Positions 28,258-37,418 are shown, counted from the stretch's first letter. The stretch is 64,000 bases of DNA from Candidatus Heimdallarchaeota archaeon (GCA_019057375.1 DXJF01000114.1:44632-108631); one strand, 5' to 3'. Numbers and translations: made by a program. Notes: generated by a model from the letters alone, not told the origin.

Positions 28258-29922
28258 GTGACAGTTATGGAAAAAACTATTCTCCTTGGATATGAATATG
28301 ATTACGGTTTAACCTCTAATGAAATTTCTATAGATATTGGTGAACTCCTCTATAATGTTGAAATCTATGGAATGATTGGAAGAGGAAAAACTCGCTTGGT
28401 CTGCAGTATTATTCAACATCTTTTTCACAATAAAGTACCAAGTTTGATCTTCGATATCAAGGGGGAATATGCTGCAACTTTTGCTACTGAACCAAATGTA
28501 GAGATTTTTACAATTGGTGCTCCTCATCCACTCTGTATCAATCTTTTTGATACCAAAGATGAAGATGATGTCAGTGGAACACTCTTAGTTATTGAAGAGA
28601 TGATGGTTTCTTCTAACCAAGAATTCAGTCCTTCGATGAAAAACCTCTTTGAAACAGCTCTATTCCTAACCCACAAAGCTGAGGTAAGAACACTAGAGAC
28701 CTTTGTTGAAAACCTAATTGCTCTTGCTAAGAAAACTAAACAGATCAAATCAATACAACATACCTTAGATGCTGTTCTTAATAGATTAAATTACATCTTA
28801 AATCCTATCAGTTTTGAGATTTTAGGAGTCTCTCAAACAACGTTAAACTTCGATATGTTAGAGCAAGGAAAAAGCATAATTCTTGATCTTAGCCAATTTC
28901 AAAAAAGGGCAGCTAGACCGTCGGATATCTACCTTATTTGCAATCTTATTTTGAAACTATTTTACAAGTATGCATCCTCTAAAGAACTAACCAACAAGTT
29001 ACGTTATGTTGTGGTTTTAGAAGAAGCGATTAACATTATACCTCACTTCTATAGAAAACAGAGTTCAGCATCCTTGATTACAGCTGAAAACAACTTCTTA
29101 CTTGGTAGAAGTCTAGGTATTGGTCACATAACTATATCTCAAATGTGGAATAGTGTGAGTAATGTTGTTCATGCAAATTCCTCAACTAAGATTGTTTTTC
29201 GTTCAGGTCAGGAAATAGAGAAAATTGCTAAAGCTCTAAATCTTCAAGATTTTTATTTCAAACGTCTCCAACAACTACCAATTCGTCATTGTTTCCTCTG
29301 GAAGGATGGTCAAGAATATGTCAAAGAGATGACTACAGTTAATTTTACTCTTGAACCACTCAAATACGACCATTATTTGTTATTTCTTAGAAGAAAATAC
29401 CATTCTTCTACTTATCCTCTATTATTTAGCAACTTTATTGATATGCGAACAGCACTCTACGATAAACTAACCAATACCAAGAAAACCAAACAAAAAAAGA
29501 AGGAGAAACCAGTTGAAAATAACCAAATATCTAAGAAAAATCCAGATTCTCAAAAGGAAATTACAAGTAAAGTTGAGCAATTCAAGAAGATATTTTCAGA
29601 AGAAATCAAATTTCAATTAGATGATGTTTGTTTCACCTTTTGTTCTTTAAGCAAAGACAAGAAGAAATGTATGAAAATTAGAAAAGATGCAGAAAGAGTC
29701 AACTCGTCTCTACTGAAGAGATTTACAGAGTATGAGATTAAACAAGCTATACTTGAAAAATCTCAGATATCAATAGATGAGCTGCTAAAACAAGTTCTTC
29801 TAGAGAACAAGCTGTCATCTAATAGTCAAGTACTATTTTGTGCAAAGAGAGAATTAATCAATTTTTTGATGAGAAGTGACCAAGAATTATCCTTCAATCT
29901 TTCTAACAATTCAAAAAAGTAG
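28258..29922 (+). CDS. HerA/DUF87 (FtsK-HerA superfamily) ATPase
   Basis: Walker A GMIGRGKT, IFDIKGEY, Walker B VVLEEA, arginine-finger region GRSLGIGHITISQ, NSSTKIVFR. Confidence 0.85.
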   Translation: MTVMEKTILLGYEYDYGLTSNEISIDIGELLYNVEIYGMIGRGKTRLVCSIIQHLFHNKVPSLIFDIKGEYAATFATEPNVEIFTIGAPHPLCINLFDTKDEDDVSGTLLVIEEMMVSSNQEFSPSMKNLFETALFLTHKAEVRTLETFVENLIALAKKTKQIKSIQHTLDAVLNRLNYILNPISFEILGVSQTTLNFDMLEQGKSIILDLSQFQKRAARPSDIYLICNLILKLFYKYASSKELTNKLRYVVVLEEAINIIPHFYRKQSSASLITAENNFLLGRSLGIGHITISQMWNSVSNVVHANSSTKIVFRSGQEIEKIAKALNLQDFYFKRLQQLPIRHCFLWKDGQEYVKEMTTVNFTLEPLKYDHYLLFLRRKYHSSTYPLLFSNFIDMRTALYDKLTNTKKTKQKKKEKPVENNQISKKNPDSQKEITSKVEQFKKIFSEEIKFQLDDVCFTFCSLSKDKKKCMKIRKDAERVNSSLLKRFTEYEIKQAILEKSQISIDELLKQVLLENKLSSNSQVLFCAKRELINFLMRSDQELSFNLSNNSKK

Positions 29923-30310
29923 GTTCTTCCTCTTCTCCCCATAGCAGTCAACTTTCTCTATTCTTTTTCATAACTCTTCTTCATTCTAATTATTCTTTTT
30001 AGAATGATTTGGCACAAAATTTCTGTGGTGCTAATAATATCAACCTCATTCTAGATTCCTGATAGGCAAGAATTACAACCAAACCTGTAATTCTTCGCTT
30101 TTCACCTAAAAGGAAAAAGGAGATGAGAAAAAAGAATAGGTAGTTCTTTGAGATCTTATTCGAATTCCTGAAGCAATTTTACACGTAGTACTTATCATTG
30201 GTTCCTCTACTGGTTTCAAACTGAGAAGAGAAGAGGATCCAATGATTTTCGACAATTCGAAAAGAGTTTCAGTGTTTATAATACACTTCCAATTTCAAAA
30301 GGTGAAAACC

Positions 30311-31846
30311 ATGAAAATTGAAGAAATTAATGAACAAAAAGAACTACAATCAAAAGTCAAGAAACATGGAAAACATGGAGAAGTCAAAAGCATGTCTCAA
30401 GCACCATTAGTTACATTCTACGAGGTTGTCCCTTTGAGAATCAAGACGGAATTAATGTCTGTGAGAGAGTGCGAAAGGTTGCGAAGAATAACCGAACGAG
30501 ATACCAGAATCATTCGAGACTACCTCAGAATCATCAAACATAACGAGGAGAATATTCTGCAAAAAAACGGCAAAGTCAATACGTCCCTGTTGGATAAATT
30601 GACTTTAACCACATCGAAGAATACGAAGAACAAGTTACGGACATCTGTTCCTCATGACTTGAAGAAACGTTATCCCCGTTGCTCTTTTGATGAATTCCAA
30701 GAATGCAGAGACAAAGCTATCTGGACTTATGAAAGCTGGAAAGCACAACAAGATGTTTCCAAAAAGGAACTGAGTAGACCAAAGTTTAAGAATAAAACCC
30801 CCCGACCCTTGTTCAAAGGAACAGAAGGCAGAGGTACATTTCAGGTACATTCCAAATCTGATAATACTGATGCTAGACTTTGGCTGGAGTTAAGGGATTC
30901 TCTTGATACAAAACGATCTGGCAAACGAACCCATCAGAGACTATGGCTACCATTAGCTTACTCACCTTACCACGAAAAGAGGTTGAAACTAGAGAACATC
31001 AAAATGATGGAACTAGTACGCAAATCCAAAGAACAACAGTGGTGGGCACATTTCACCCTCCAGTATTCTGTCTCATGTTACCAATCCACCCTTCCACCTG
31101 CAGTGTTAGGAGTAGACCTGGGAATAAAGAAGACAGCTGTTGCAGTCTTACTTACCCCTACAGGCAAAGTAATTATGGATGAAATCCGCTTCATCGTCAA
31201 TAAGGAGAGACAGTCTAAGATATGGCAACTTGAAAACCAAATCGAGGATACTCAGAGAAAGTTGAACAAAAGTCTCAACAACGGTCAGCACACTAAACAG
31301 CTTAACACTACACTCTTCCGTCTACGTAGAAGACGACGTTCTATTATAGAACAAGAACTGGGGTATGCTGTTAACCAATTGGTTGATTTCACCCTTCAGT
31401 TGAAGAAGCGTTACAATCTGTTTGTGTCTGTTGGCTATCCTAAGAACATTCAGAAAAGTCAACCTCGAGGTAGTGGAAACAAATCTCATAGAAGACGATT
31501 ACATAAATGGTGTTACCGTCTTTTCATTACTAAGCTGAAATATAAGCTTACTAGCTATGGGTTTGAACCTCTTCGAGTAGTAGCTGTTAAGGAGAGCGAC
31601 ACCTCTAAAACATGTTCTAGATGCAATTCTACAAACACTACACGTACAGGACAAGGACAGTTCAATTGCCACGATTGCAACTACGTACTAGACGCTGACT
31701 TGAACGGAGCAAAGAACATAGGAAAGAGGTTGATTCGATATGTATTGAAATCAAAGTTCAATTATATATTCGATATATTAACAAAAGAATGCTATCCACT
31801 AAGACACTACAAGTCTTTCCTGCCCTTAGGTCAATGGCTTAAGTGA
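30311..31846 (+). CDS. tnpB: TnpB-like RNA-guided endonuclease with a rearranged RuvC site (ORF track starts at 30242; ATG 30311 follows GGTGA)
   Basis: RuvC-I VLGVDLG; RuvC-II VSVGYP (Gly instead of Glu); VKESDTSKTCSRC...CHDC Zn finger; RuvC-III DADLNGAKNI. Confidence 0.9.
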   Translation: MKIEEINEQKELQSKVKKHGKHGEVKSMSQAPLVTFYEVVPLRIKTELMSVRECERLRRITERDTRIIRDYLRIIKHNEENILQKNGKVNTSLLDKLTLTTSKNTKNKLRTSVPHDLKKRYPRCSFDEFQECRDKAIWTYESWKAQQDVSKKELSRPKFKNKTPRPLFKGTEGRGTFQVHSKSDNTDARLWLELRDSLDTKRSGKRTHQRLWLPLAYSPYHEKRLKLENIKMMELVRKSKEQQWWAHFTLQYSVSCYQSTLPPAVLGVDLGIKKTAVAVLLTPTGKVIMDEIRFIVNKERQSKIWQLENQIEDTQRKLNKSLNNGQHTKQLNTTLFRLRRRRRSIIEQELGYAVNQLVDFTLQLKKRYNLFVSVGYPKNIQKSQPRGSGNKSHRRRLHKWCYRLFITKLKYKLTSYGFEPLRVVAVKESDTSKTCSRCNSTNTTRTGQGQFNCHDCNYVLDADLNGAKNIGKRLIRYVLKSKFNYIFDILTKECYPLRHYKSFLPLGQWLK

Positions 31847-32010
31847 TTCTGCAAAGAATACATCATTTAGCAATATTTGATGTGCGAGGTCGAGAATCTG
31901 TCGTTTCACTTGTTTGACTGATTCAGCAATGAGTGCCCTTTATCAGGAGATGAATCCTTTGAACAGATTTACAGCAATGTAAATGTTCCAGAAAACTAGT
32001 ACTGTAACTT
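31846..32010 (+). ncRNA. Candidate omegaRNA (TnpB guide scaffold)
   Basis: Four GCAA-capped hairpins on the tnpB sense strand directly after the stop codon: 31846-31859, 31860-31883, 31921-31934, 31961-31988. Confidence 0.7.
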
Positions 32011-32331
32011 ATGAAATATTCTATTTTTCATTTTACAGTTATGCCTCCTTGCCTACCCTTAGCTACGCTAGTTTAGGATGAGTCTTGAAAGGATCTATTT
32101 GAAAATCGTAAGGTTTTTGAAGAGAAAATAACTCATTAAAAGTTTTTTGTTTCGTTTCCATTCTCTTTCCTTTTCCTTTTTTTTCTCTGTAAATGCTTAT
32201 GTTTTGATTGATTTTAATAGAAAAAAGATAAGGCATAATAATAACCTTGCTTGCTTTTTTTCGATTTTTTCTTCTATTTTTGTTCCGTTTCTTTCTATTT
32301 CTTTTTAAATTTATTTTAAATTCTCTTTACC

Positions 32332-33144
32332 ATGCCTTCTCCTTCCAGAAAAAACCCTTGGTCTTCTCCTGAATGGAAAGCTCTCGTGGAACGTCTTCGC
32401 AAAGATTATTGTGAAATCTGTGGTTCTCGTACTCCTCCTTTCACTCTTCATCATGAAAAACCCCTTCTTCCCTATTCTTCCATTCGTACTCAAGTTGCAG
32501 AATCTCTCTTTTCTGAGCTTCTCGATAAAGGTGAGTTAAATACTGATCTCATTCAAGTTACTATTCGTGATTCTTGTCCTGAATGTGATTCCATCAATGT
32601 TCAAGGTCCCCGTTCTACTATCTCTCCTCCCTTTTACTGTGGTCGCTGTTATCATCGTTTTGATCATCCTGTCAAAAAGAAAGTTAAAAACGATAAGGCT
32701 CTTCGTCGTGACTTTTTTCAGAGATTTAAGGACGAAATCGATAAAAGAACTCAGATAGAACGAGATAAACAATCTGCTTATTATCTTTCTGGCAAAGATG
32801 TTATTACTGTTTGTTCAAGATGTCACCTTCCTACTGAACAGGGCAAGGTTTTATGCAAAATCTGTAATCACCACTTTCACAACGCTCGTTTCAATCAATG
32901 TTGGGAATGTTTCATCAAGATGAAGATTGCTGATGGACAAGTTAAATGTAAATTTTGTGAATCAAAATTTCATTCCTCTGATGAACCTGCTTGTGATGAA
33001 TGTAGTATTTTAAGATCCACTATCTACTGCCAAGAATGTAATCAAACCAAATATTCTCTTTCTTGCTATTGTTATAATTGTGAAACATCCATCTGCGAAG
33101 ATTGTTCTTCAAAACATAGTGAAAGGGGACATGATGTTGTGTAA
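32332..33144 (+). CDS. HNH-endonuclease-like protein with several zinc fingers and a C-terminal B-box-like domain
   Basis: W...R...CEICG...LHH and, after an insertion, VITVCSRCH; two CxxCxxxFHx6CxxC repeats; terminal CxxC-x10-CxxC-x4-CxxC-x3-H-x4-H. Confidence 0.7.
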   Translation: MPSPSRKNPWSSPEWKALVERLRKDYCEICGSRTPPFTLHHEKPLLPYSSIRTQVAESLFSELLDKGELNTDLIQVTIRDSCPECDSINVQGPRSTISPPFYCGRCYHRFDHPVKKKVKNDKALRRDFFQRFKDEIDKRTQIERDKQSAYYLSGKDVITVCSRCHLPTEQGKVLCKICNHHFHNARFNQCWECFIKMKIADGQVKCKFCESKFHSSDEPACDECSILRSTIYCQECNQTKYSLSCYCYNCETSICEDCSSKHSERGHDVV

Positions 33145-33165
33145 ATACTCTAGGCTCCAAATCTT

Positions 33166-33783
33166 TTATTCATTTTGCTGGTGATTTTCTATTTTGACTC
33201 TTTTCCAGAATTTTTTAACATATTTTCTTTTTGCTTCTTCTATTCCAAAATATTCTAATCTTGTCTCCTCAATTACTTCTCTTTCAATCTTGTAGTATTT
33301 GTTGATTTTCTGCATTTTGTTTCTATGATCTAAGAAAACATATAAAATTTCTAAATGAGGAATCTCCCAGAGACCTGGGTCTATAAATTCTATTGTTTGA
33401 TTCAATTCTATAACCTCATCTGGCTTGAGTCTATAATCTTCTGTAATAATTTTCATCTCATAATCTAATGATGATTCATCTTCAGCTCCAACAGTTGATT
33501 GGTTTAATGCTCTCAGAAACATGAAGAAGTCAATATTTGTTGTCATATCTCCTACATTGTGAAGTCTGTATTCAACCTTGATTTTTGAAAAATTTATTCC
33601 CTTCTCAGGAATACTGAAACCTAAGATGTTAAAATTAATCTTAGGTCCTCTTCTATCTCTATAAAACCTCATAATAGCCAACAATAACATTCCAACTGAA
33701 ACAACAGAACCAATTAGTGCAAGTAAAAAACTAGTAATTGTAAAAGCATCCATAACTATATGATGGATCTTCTTGTTTATCAA
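33166..33783 (-). CDS. Hypothetical protein with an N-terminal TM anchor and a beta-sandwich-like domain
   Basis: Hydrophobic N-terminus, then RLHNVGDMTT; same architecture as 24940-25569. Confidence 0.65.
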   Translation of the reverse strand: MINKKIHHIVMDAFTITSFLLALIGSVVSVGMLLLAIMRFYRDRRGPKINFNILGFSIPEKGINFSKIKVEYRLHNVGDMTTNIDFFMFLRALNQSTVGAEDESSLDYEMKIITEDYRLKPDEVIELNQTIEFIDPGLWEIPHLEILYVFLDHRNKMQKINKYYKIEREVIEETRLEYFGIEEAKRKYVKKFWKRVKIENHQQNE

Positions 33784-34034
33784 TTTTTCACACTTATGTT
33801 ATCTGCTCTGTAGACACCGGCTCTTTAATTTGATTTGTTTTTCTTCTCCATAAATCTTCTAACATTCTTTTTCTTATTGTTTATTATTGGTTTAAATGAC
33901 TAACAACAATGAAGATCCTATTAATCTAAAATCTATTCACTTTCTACACATCCACACCTTATGTCAAAATTGAGATCTATCGTTTCTCATTGGAATGTTT
34001 TTATAATTCTACTTCCTTTTATCTTTGATTCACA

Positions 34035-35633
34035 TTGATTCTTCGAAAGAAAGATGTTTCTATTCTTAGGGAACTGACCTTAGATTTTCTTAATCAATTC
34101 TTTTCTTATATCCATTCTTCTGCTTTTTCTGACAGATATATTAAGCATTACGATACTGTCTTAGACGTTTTTCAGTCTTTTTGTACTGCTGAAAAAGGTG
34201 ATCCTGAATCCTCTTCTTTCAGTTTTTCAATTGATGATATTTACTCCTTATCACATGCTGAAATAAAGCATTTTACTAATCTATATCTTGACAATGAACA
34301 GAATAATTCAAAAGTTGAGACTTTGGAAAAGATTGGTGCTTTCAAAAGTCTTAATTACTTCAGACTCGGCCCTCACTTGTCTTTATTTGGTTTTATTTTT
34401 TATAGATTTATACAAGAACAATTCAAAGCCTCATCAAAAGAAGATATCTTTAGTATACTTGAGAGACTAGAATTCAATAGAGATTTATTTGATAACCTGT
34501 TCACTGAAATAACTGATCTAATTGTAGAGGATGTTGTTAAACTAGACTATTTTTACTTTATTTATGGAGTCAGAGTTACAGGAGAATCAACTTCTTTTGA
34601 TAAAACTAAAAATGAAGAGTTCTTAAAATTGAATAACAAAATTAGAAAAGAGTTAATCAAGAAATTCAGATTTAGGAAAGATGAATTTACTGGAACCTCT
34701 ATACTAATCAATAAGATGAATTGGATAATGAATTGTCCTACTATGATTTGGGGAGAACTAACAGTAAAGAATCCTCAAATCAAGGAAGATTTGAAAAATT
34801 TAGATGATTTGAAACTCAAAAATGTTGATCTACTTGTTCCAATTTACCTAGAAGAAGCACTGTTTTTACTAGGGTACACTAATCCTTTAGTTCATTTTGC
34901 TAGTATTACGCATCCTAGCTATTTTGGTAATTTTAGTGTCAACTCTACTCCTCGAGGAATTTTCTTCTCCAGAGGTGACTTTAGTGGTTTACAATATCCT
35001 TATTGGATGAATAAAGAGATGTATGACTTTCGTCGTCCTCTAGGTAAATCTGAAGAATTTGTTCTCTCTTCTGACAAATTAGAGTTCTTGAGATTATATC
35101 CTAGATTTAGATTTAAATTAAAAGAGAACTCTATTGAAAGATTAATACTTAATAGATTTTACCGAGTGATGGAACTTTCAGATCCAAAGGACATAATACT
35201 AGAATCTTGTATAATTTTTGAAACTATAACAACTACAGAAACTAAGGAAGTAGGTTTTCAATTAAGAATAAAACTAGCTTGGCTTTTAGCCAAGAATCTT
35301 GAGTATAAGAAACTAATACAAAAAATTTCTAGAATTCTCTATGATATACGAAGCGACATTGTTCATAATGGGGGCATTAGTTCTGAAAAGAAAGCTAAAA
35401 AACTTGGAGGATTGAAGAATGCAGCTAAAATTTCAAAAATGATGGTAAGGATCTTAATTTTAAGAATTTTGCATGTTGGAGACAACAAAATCACTATAAT
35501 GTCTAGAAACGAGGTATCAAATGCTCTAGATAATTTAATGTTAGGTGAAGAAAAGCAATTGCCTGAAAACTCTTATTTTAAAGAACTATCTTCAGTATTC
35601 TTTGATAACATCTCAGAATTAGTTAAGTTTTAG
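34035..35633 (+). CDS. Large protein with a C-terminal ApeA-like HEPN domain
   Basis: IIFETI...EVGFQLRIKLAWLL...LYDIRSDIVHNG. Confidence 0.7.
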   Translation: MILRKKDVSILRELTLDFLNQFFSYIHSSAFSDRYIKHYDTVLDVFQSFCTAEKGDPESSSFSFSIDDIYSLSHAEIKHFTNLYLDNEQNNSKVETLEKIGAFKSLNYFRLGPHLSLFGFIFYRFIQEQFKASSKEDIFSILERLEFNRDLFDNLFTEITDLIVEDVVKLDYFYFIYGVRVTGESTSFDKTKNEEFLKLNNKIRKELIKKFRFRKDEFTGTSILINKMNWIMNCPTMIWGELTVKNPQIKEDLKNLDDLKLKNVDLLVPIYLEEALFLLGYTNPLVHFASITHPSYFGNFSVNSTPRGIFFSRGDFSGLQYPYWMNKEMYDFRRPLGKSEEFVLSSDKLEFLRLYPRFRFKLKENSIERLILNRFYRVMELSDPKDIILESCIIFETITTTETKEVGFQLRIKLAWLLAKNLEYKKLIQKISRILYDIRSDIVHNGGISSEKKAKKLGGLKNAAKISKMMVRILILRILHVGDNKITIMSRNEVSNALDNLMLGEEKQLPENSYFKELSSVFFDNISELVKF

Positions 35634-35703
35634 TTTGGTTTCGTGTTATTTTTATTAGAAAGGTTTTTTACTAATAATTAACAGAATTAACTAGTGCTTT
35701 CAA

Positions 35704-36729
35704 TTGGAGGAAGTTTTGTTGTTCAAAGAGATTCTAAAAACTGACATGATTAAAGGAGAAAGAGCAGATTTAAGTAAACAAATGAATTTGGGCTATTTTC
35801 AAACTCTTTGGCAAATAATTAAAGAAAACAGCAAAAAGAAGATCTTTATTTTAGCTCTATGTTCTTGTTTGGCCTGTTCCGGGTTTGTAGTTTCTCTTGT
35901 TGTCTTTTCAGATCCAGACATAAAATTAGTATCTACTATAATTATTGTATTTTTCATTGTTTTGCTTTTGGTAGTTCTATTCGTTAGCCCTCTGAAACGC
36001 ACTCAAATTATATCAAAACTAATTAAAATTAACAAATTATTGCGAATTGTTCAATTTATTAGCTTTACAATCGCTTTATCTATACTTTTGATTCTTATTT
36101 GCTTTTTAGATTTTCTTGAAAGTGATTATTGGATGTTCTTAACTGGATTTTTCTTGATGGTTTCATTTTTTTTCATCCTTTTTGTTTCTATGACCCTTTC
36201 TGTAGATATAGAAGAAAGAGATAAAGTTTTTTGGCACTTGCTTTTTATTCATTATCCTTATCTTGATAAAGAAAATTATGATAAATTATTTGATTCAATT
36301 CAGCACGAATGTGAAAATAATTCAAATATCATTAATGATTTCCAGGATATTCTAAAAAGATTATCAAAAATACTTGAATCTTTTATTTCTCCAAAACTTA
36401 GAGTTAAATTACATACTTCAGATTCATACAATCTTCATCTATCTTTCCTGAATAATCAAGAAACCCAGAAAATCACCAATGCATTCATCTCTACCATTTT
36501 AGAACTTAACAAAGGTAATTTCAAGAATTTCTATATGTATTTTCACCAACTGGTTCAATTTTTCAGAAGTGAAAATCTGTCAGCTCCAATTGATTCATTT
36601 GTATTTCATCCTAAAGCTTCTGTGAACAAGTTTTTTTCAAAGATAATTTACAATCAATATTTTCTTGGATTCGTATTTATATTAATATCAGGTCTATTTG
36701 GATTTCTTACCAATTTTTTAAAACCTTAA
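35704..36729 (+). CDS. Hypothetical membrane protein (about 4 N-terminal TMs and 1 C-terminal TM)
   Basis: Hydrophobic segments flanking a soluble helical region; start codon uncertain. Confidence 0.65.
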   Translation: MEEVLLFKEILKTDMIKGERADLSKQMNLGYFQTLWQIIKENSKKKIFILALCSCLACSGFVVSLVVFSDPDIKLVSTIIIVFFIVLLLVVLFVSPLKRTQIISKLIKINKLLRIVQFISFTIALSILLILICFLDFLESDYWMFLTGFFLMVSFFFILFVSMTLSVDIEERDKVFWHLLFIHYPYLDKENYDKLFDSIQHECENNSNIINDFQDILKRLSKILESFISPKLRVKLHTSDSYNLHLSFLNNQETQKITNAFISTILELNKGNFKNFYMYFHQLVQFFRSENLSAPIDSFVFHPKASVNKFFSKIIYNQYFLGFVFILISGLFGFLTNFLKP

Positions 36730-36834
36730 ATTTCAATATACTTTTTTGTTCCTTTTCTTTTACTATTCTAGAATATTTTTTGTGAATGCTAACATATAAT
36801 AATCCCCTAGCTTCATTTTGTTTGAGGATATATT

Positions 36835-37398
36835 ATGTCACAAGATCGTTATTATTCAAAAAAAGACTATAAAGGAGATTATTCTGCTTTTGGAGTCGCT
36901 ATAGTATTCACAATTGTTGGAATTGTTTCTCTCGTTCTCAGATATGCTTATCCAGCTCATGATTTTTGGGGAATCTCCGGTTGGGGTTACTGGATGTTCG
37001 TTCCAGCTTTCTTCATTTTCATAGGTGCCATTGGTCACGTTGATACTGATCGAAGAATGAGAAACAATGTTCTTGCATCTGTTCAAAATCGAACAGGTTC
37101 AATAAGAATAGAAAACTTAGCTGCTGAAACAGGAATAAAACCGCATCATGTACTACGAGTTCTAGTTGATTTACGTACTAGAAATCACATAAAGTACAGT
37201 TATGACTCTACTACTGGAGAAATTCAATTTGGGGAAACAGTTTCATATGACAAAGCTCCTGAATTTGTTACTCCCTTACCTAAAAAACAAGCTGATGTCA
37301 TTTTTGCTGGGGGGGAATCAACTTTCTGTCCTTATTGCGGTCATAAACCCCCTGTTGGGTCACAATTCTGTGAAAACTGTGGTTCTAAGCTTACATAG
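36835..37398 (+). CDS. Membrane protein with a winged-helix-like region and a C-terminal zinc ribbon
   Basis: Two TM segments; IENLAAETGIKPHHVLRVLVDL; CPYCGH...FCENCG. Confidence 0.75.
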   Translation: MSQDRYYSKKDYKGDYSAFGVAIVFTIVGIVSLVLRYAYPAHDFWGISGWGYWMFVPAFFIFIGAIGHVDTDRRMRNNVLASVQNRTGSIRIENLAAETGIKPHHVLRVLVDLRTRNHIKYSYDSTTGEIQFGETVSYDKAPEFVTPLPKKQADVIFAGGESTFCPYCGHKPPVGSQFCENCGSKLT

Positions 37399-37418
37399 AA
37401 CCTCTCTTTTTCTTTCTT

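Larger units (their letters stand above)
30068..32010 (+). mobile_element. Non-autonomous IS200/IS605- or IS607-like element carrying tnpB only; ends approximate
   Basis: tnpB ORF, a perfect 10-bp hairpin at 30068-30095 as possible left end, and a structured 3' region; no tnpA. Confidence 0.55.
24940..36729. other. Accessory / putative defence island
   Basis: About ten orphan-like genes (three with HEPN-type motifs, a HerA-like ATPase, TnpB, HNH) between tRNA-Phe and housekeeping-type genes, with long AT-rich spacers; no integrase seen. Confidence 0.65.

Noticed and set aside
30063-32055. 8-bp inverted pair TAGGCAAG (30063) / CTTGCCTA (32048) as terminal inverted repeats
   Set aside because: The same 8-mer occurs at other intergenic sites (about 6516 and 63707), no target-site duplication is seen, and tnpB-family elements usually lack TIRs
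29923-32331. CRISPR array or Cas12f assignment for the TnpB-like gene
   Set aside because: No repeat-spacer array or cas1/cas2 visible in the flanks or elsewhere in the window
24492-36834. Provirus or integrative element inserted at tRNA-Phe
   Set aside because: The island lies on the 5' side of the tRNA; no duplicated tRNA 3' fragment, integrase or virion genes were found
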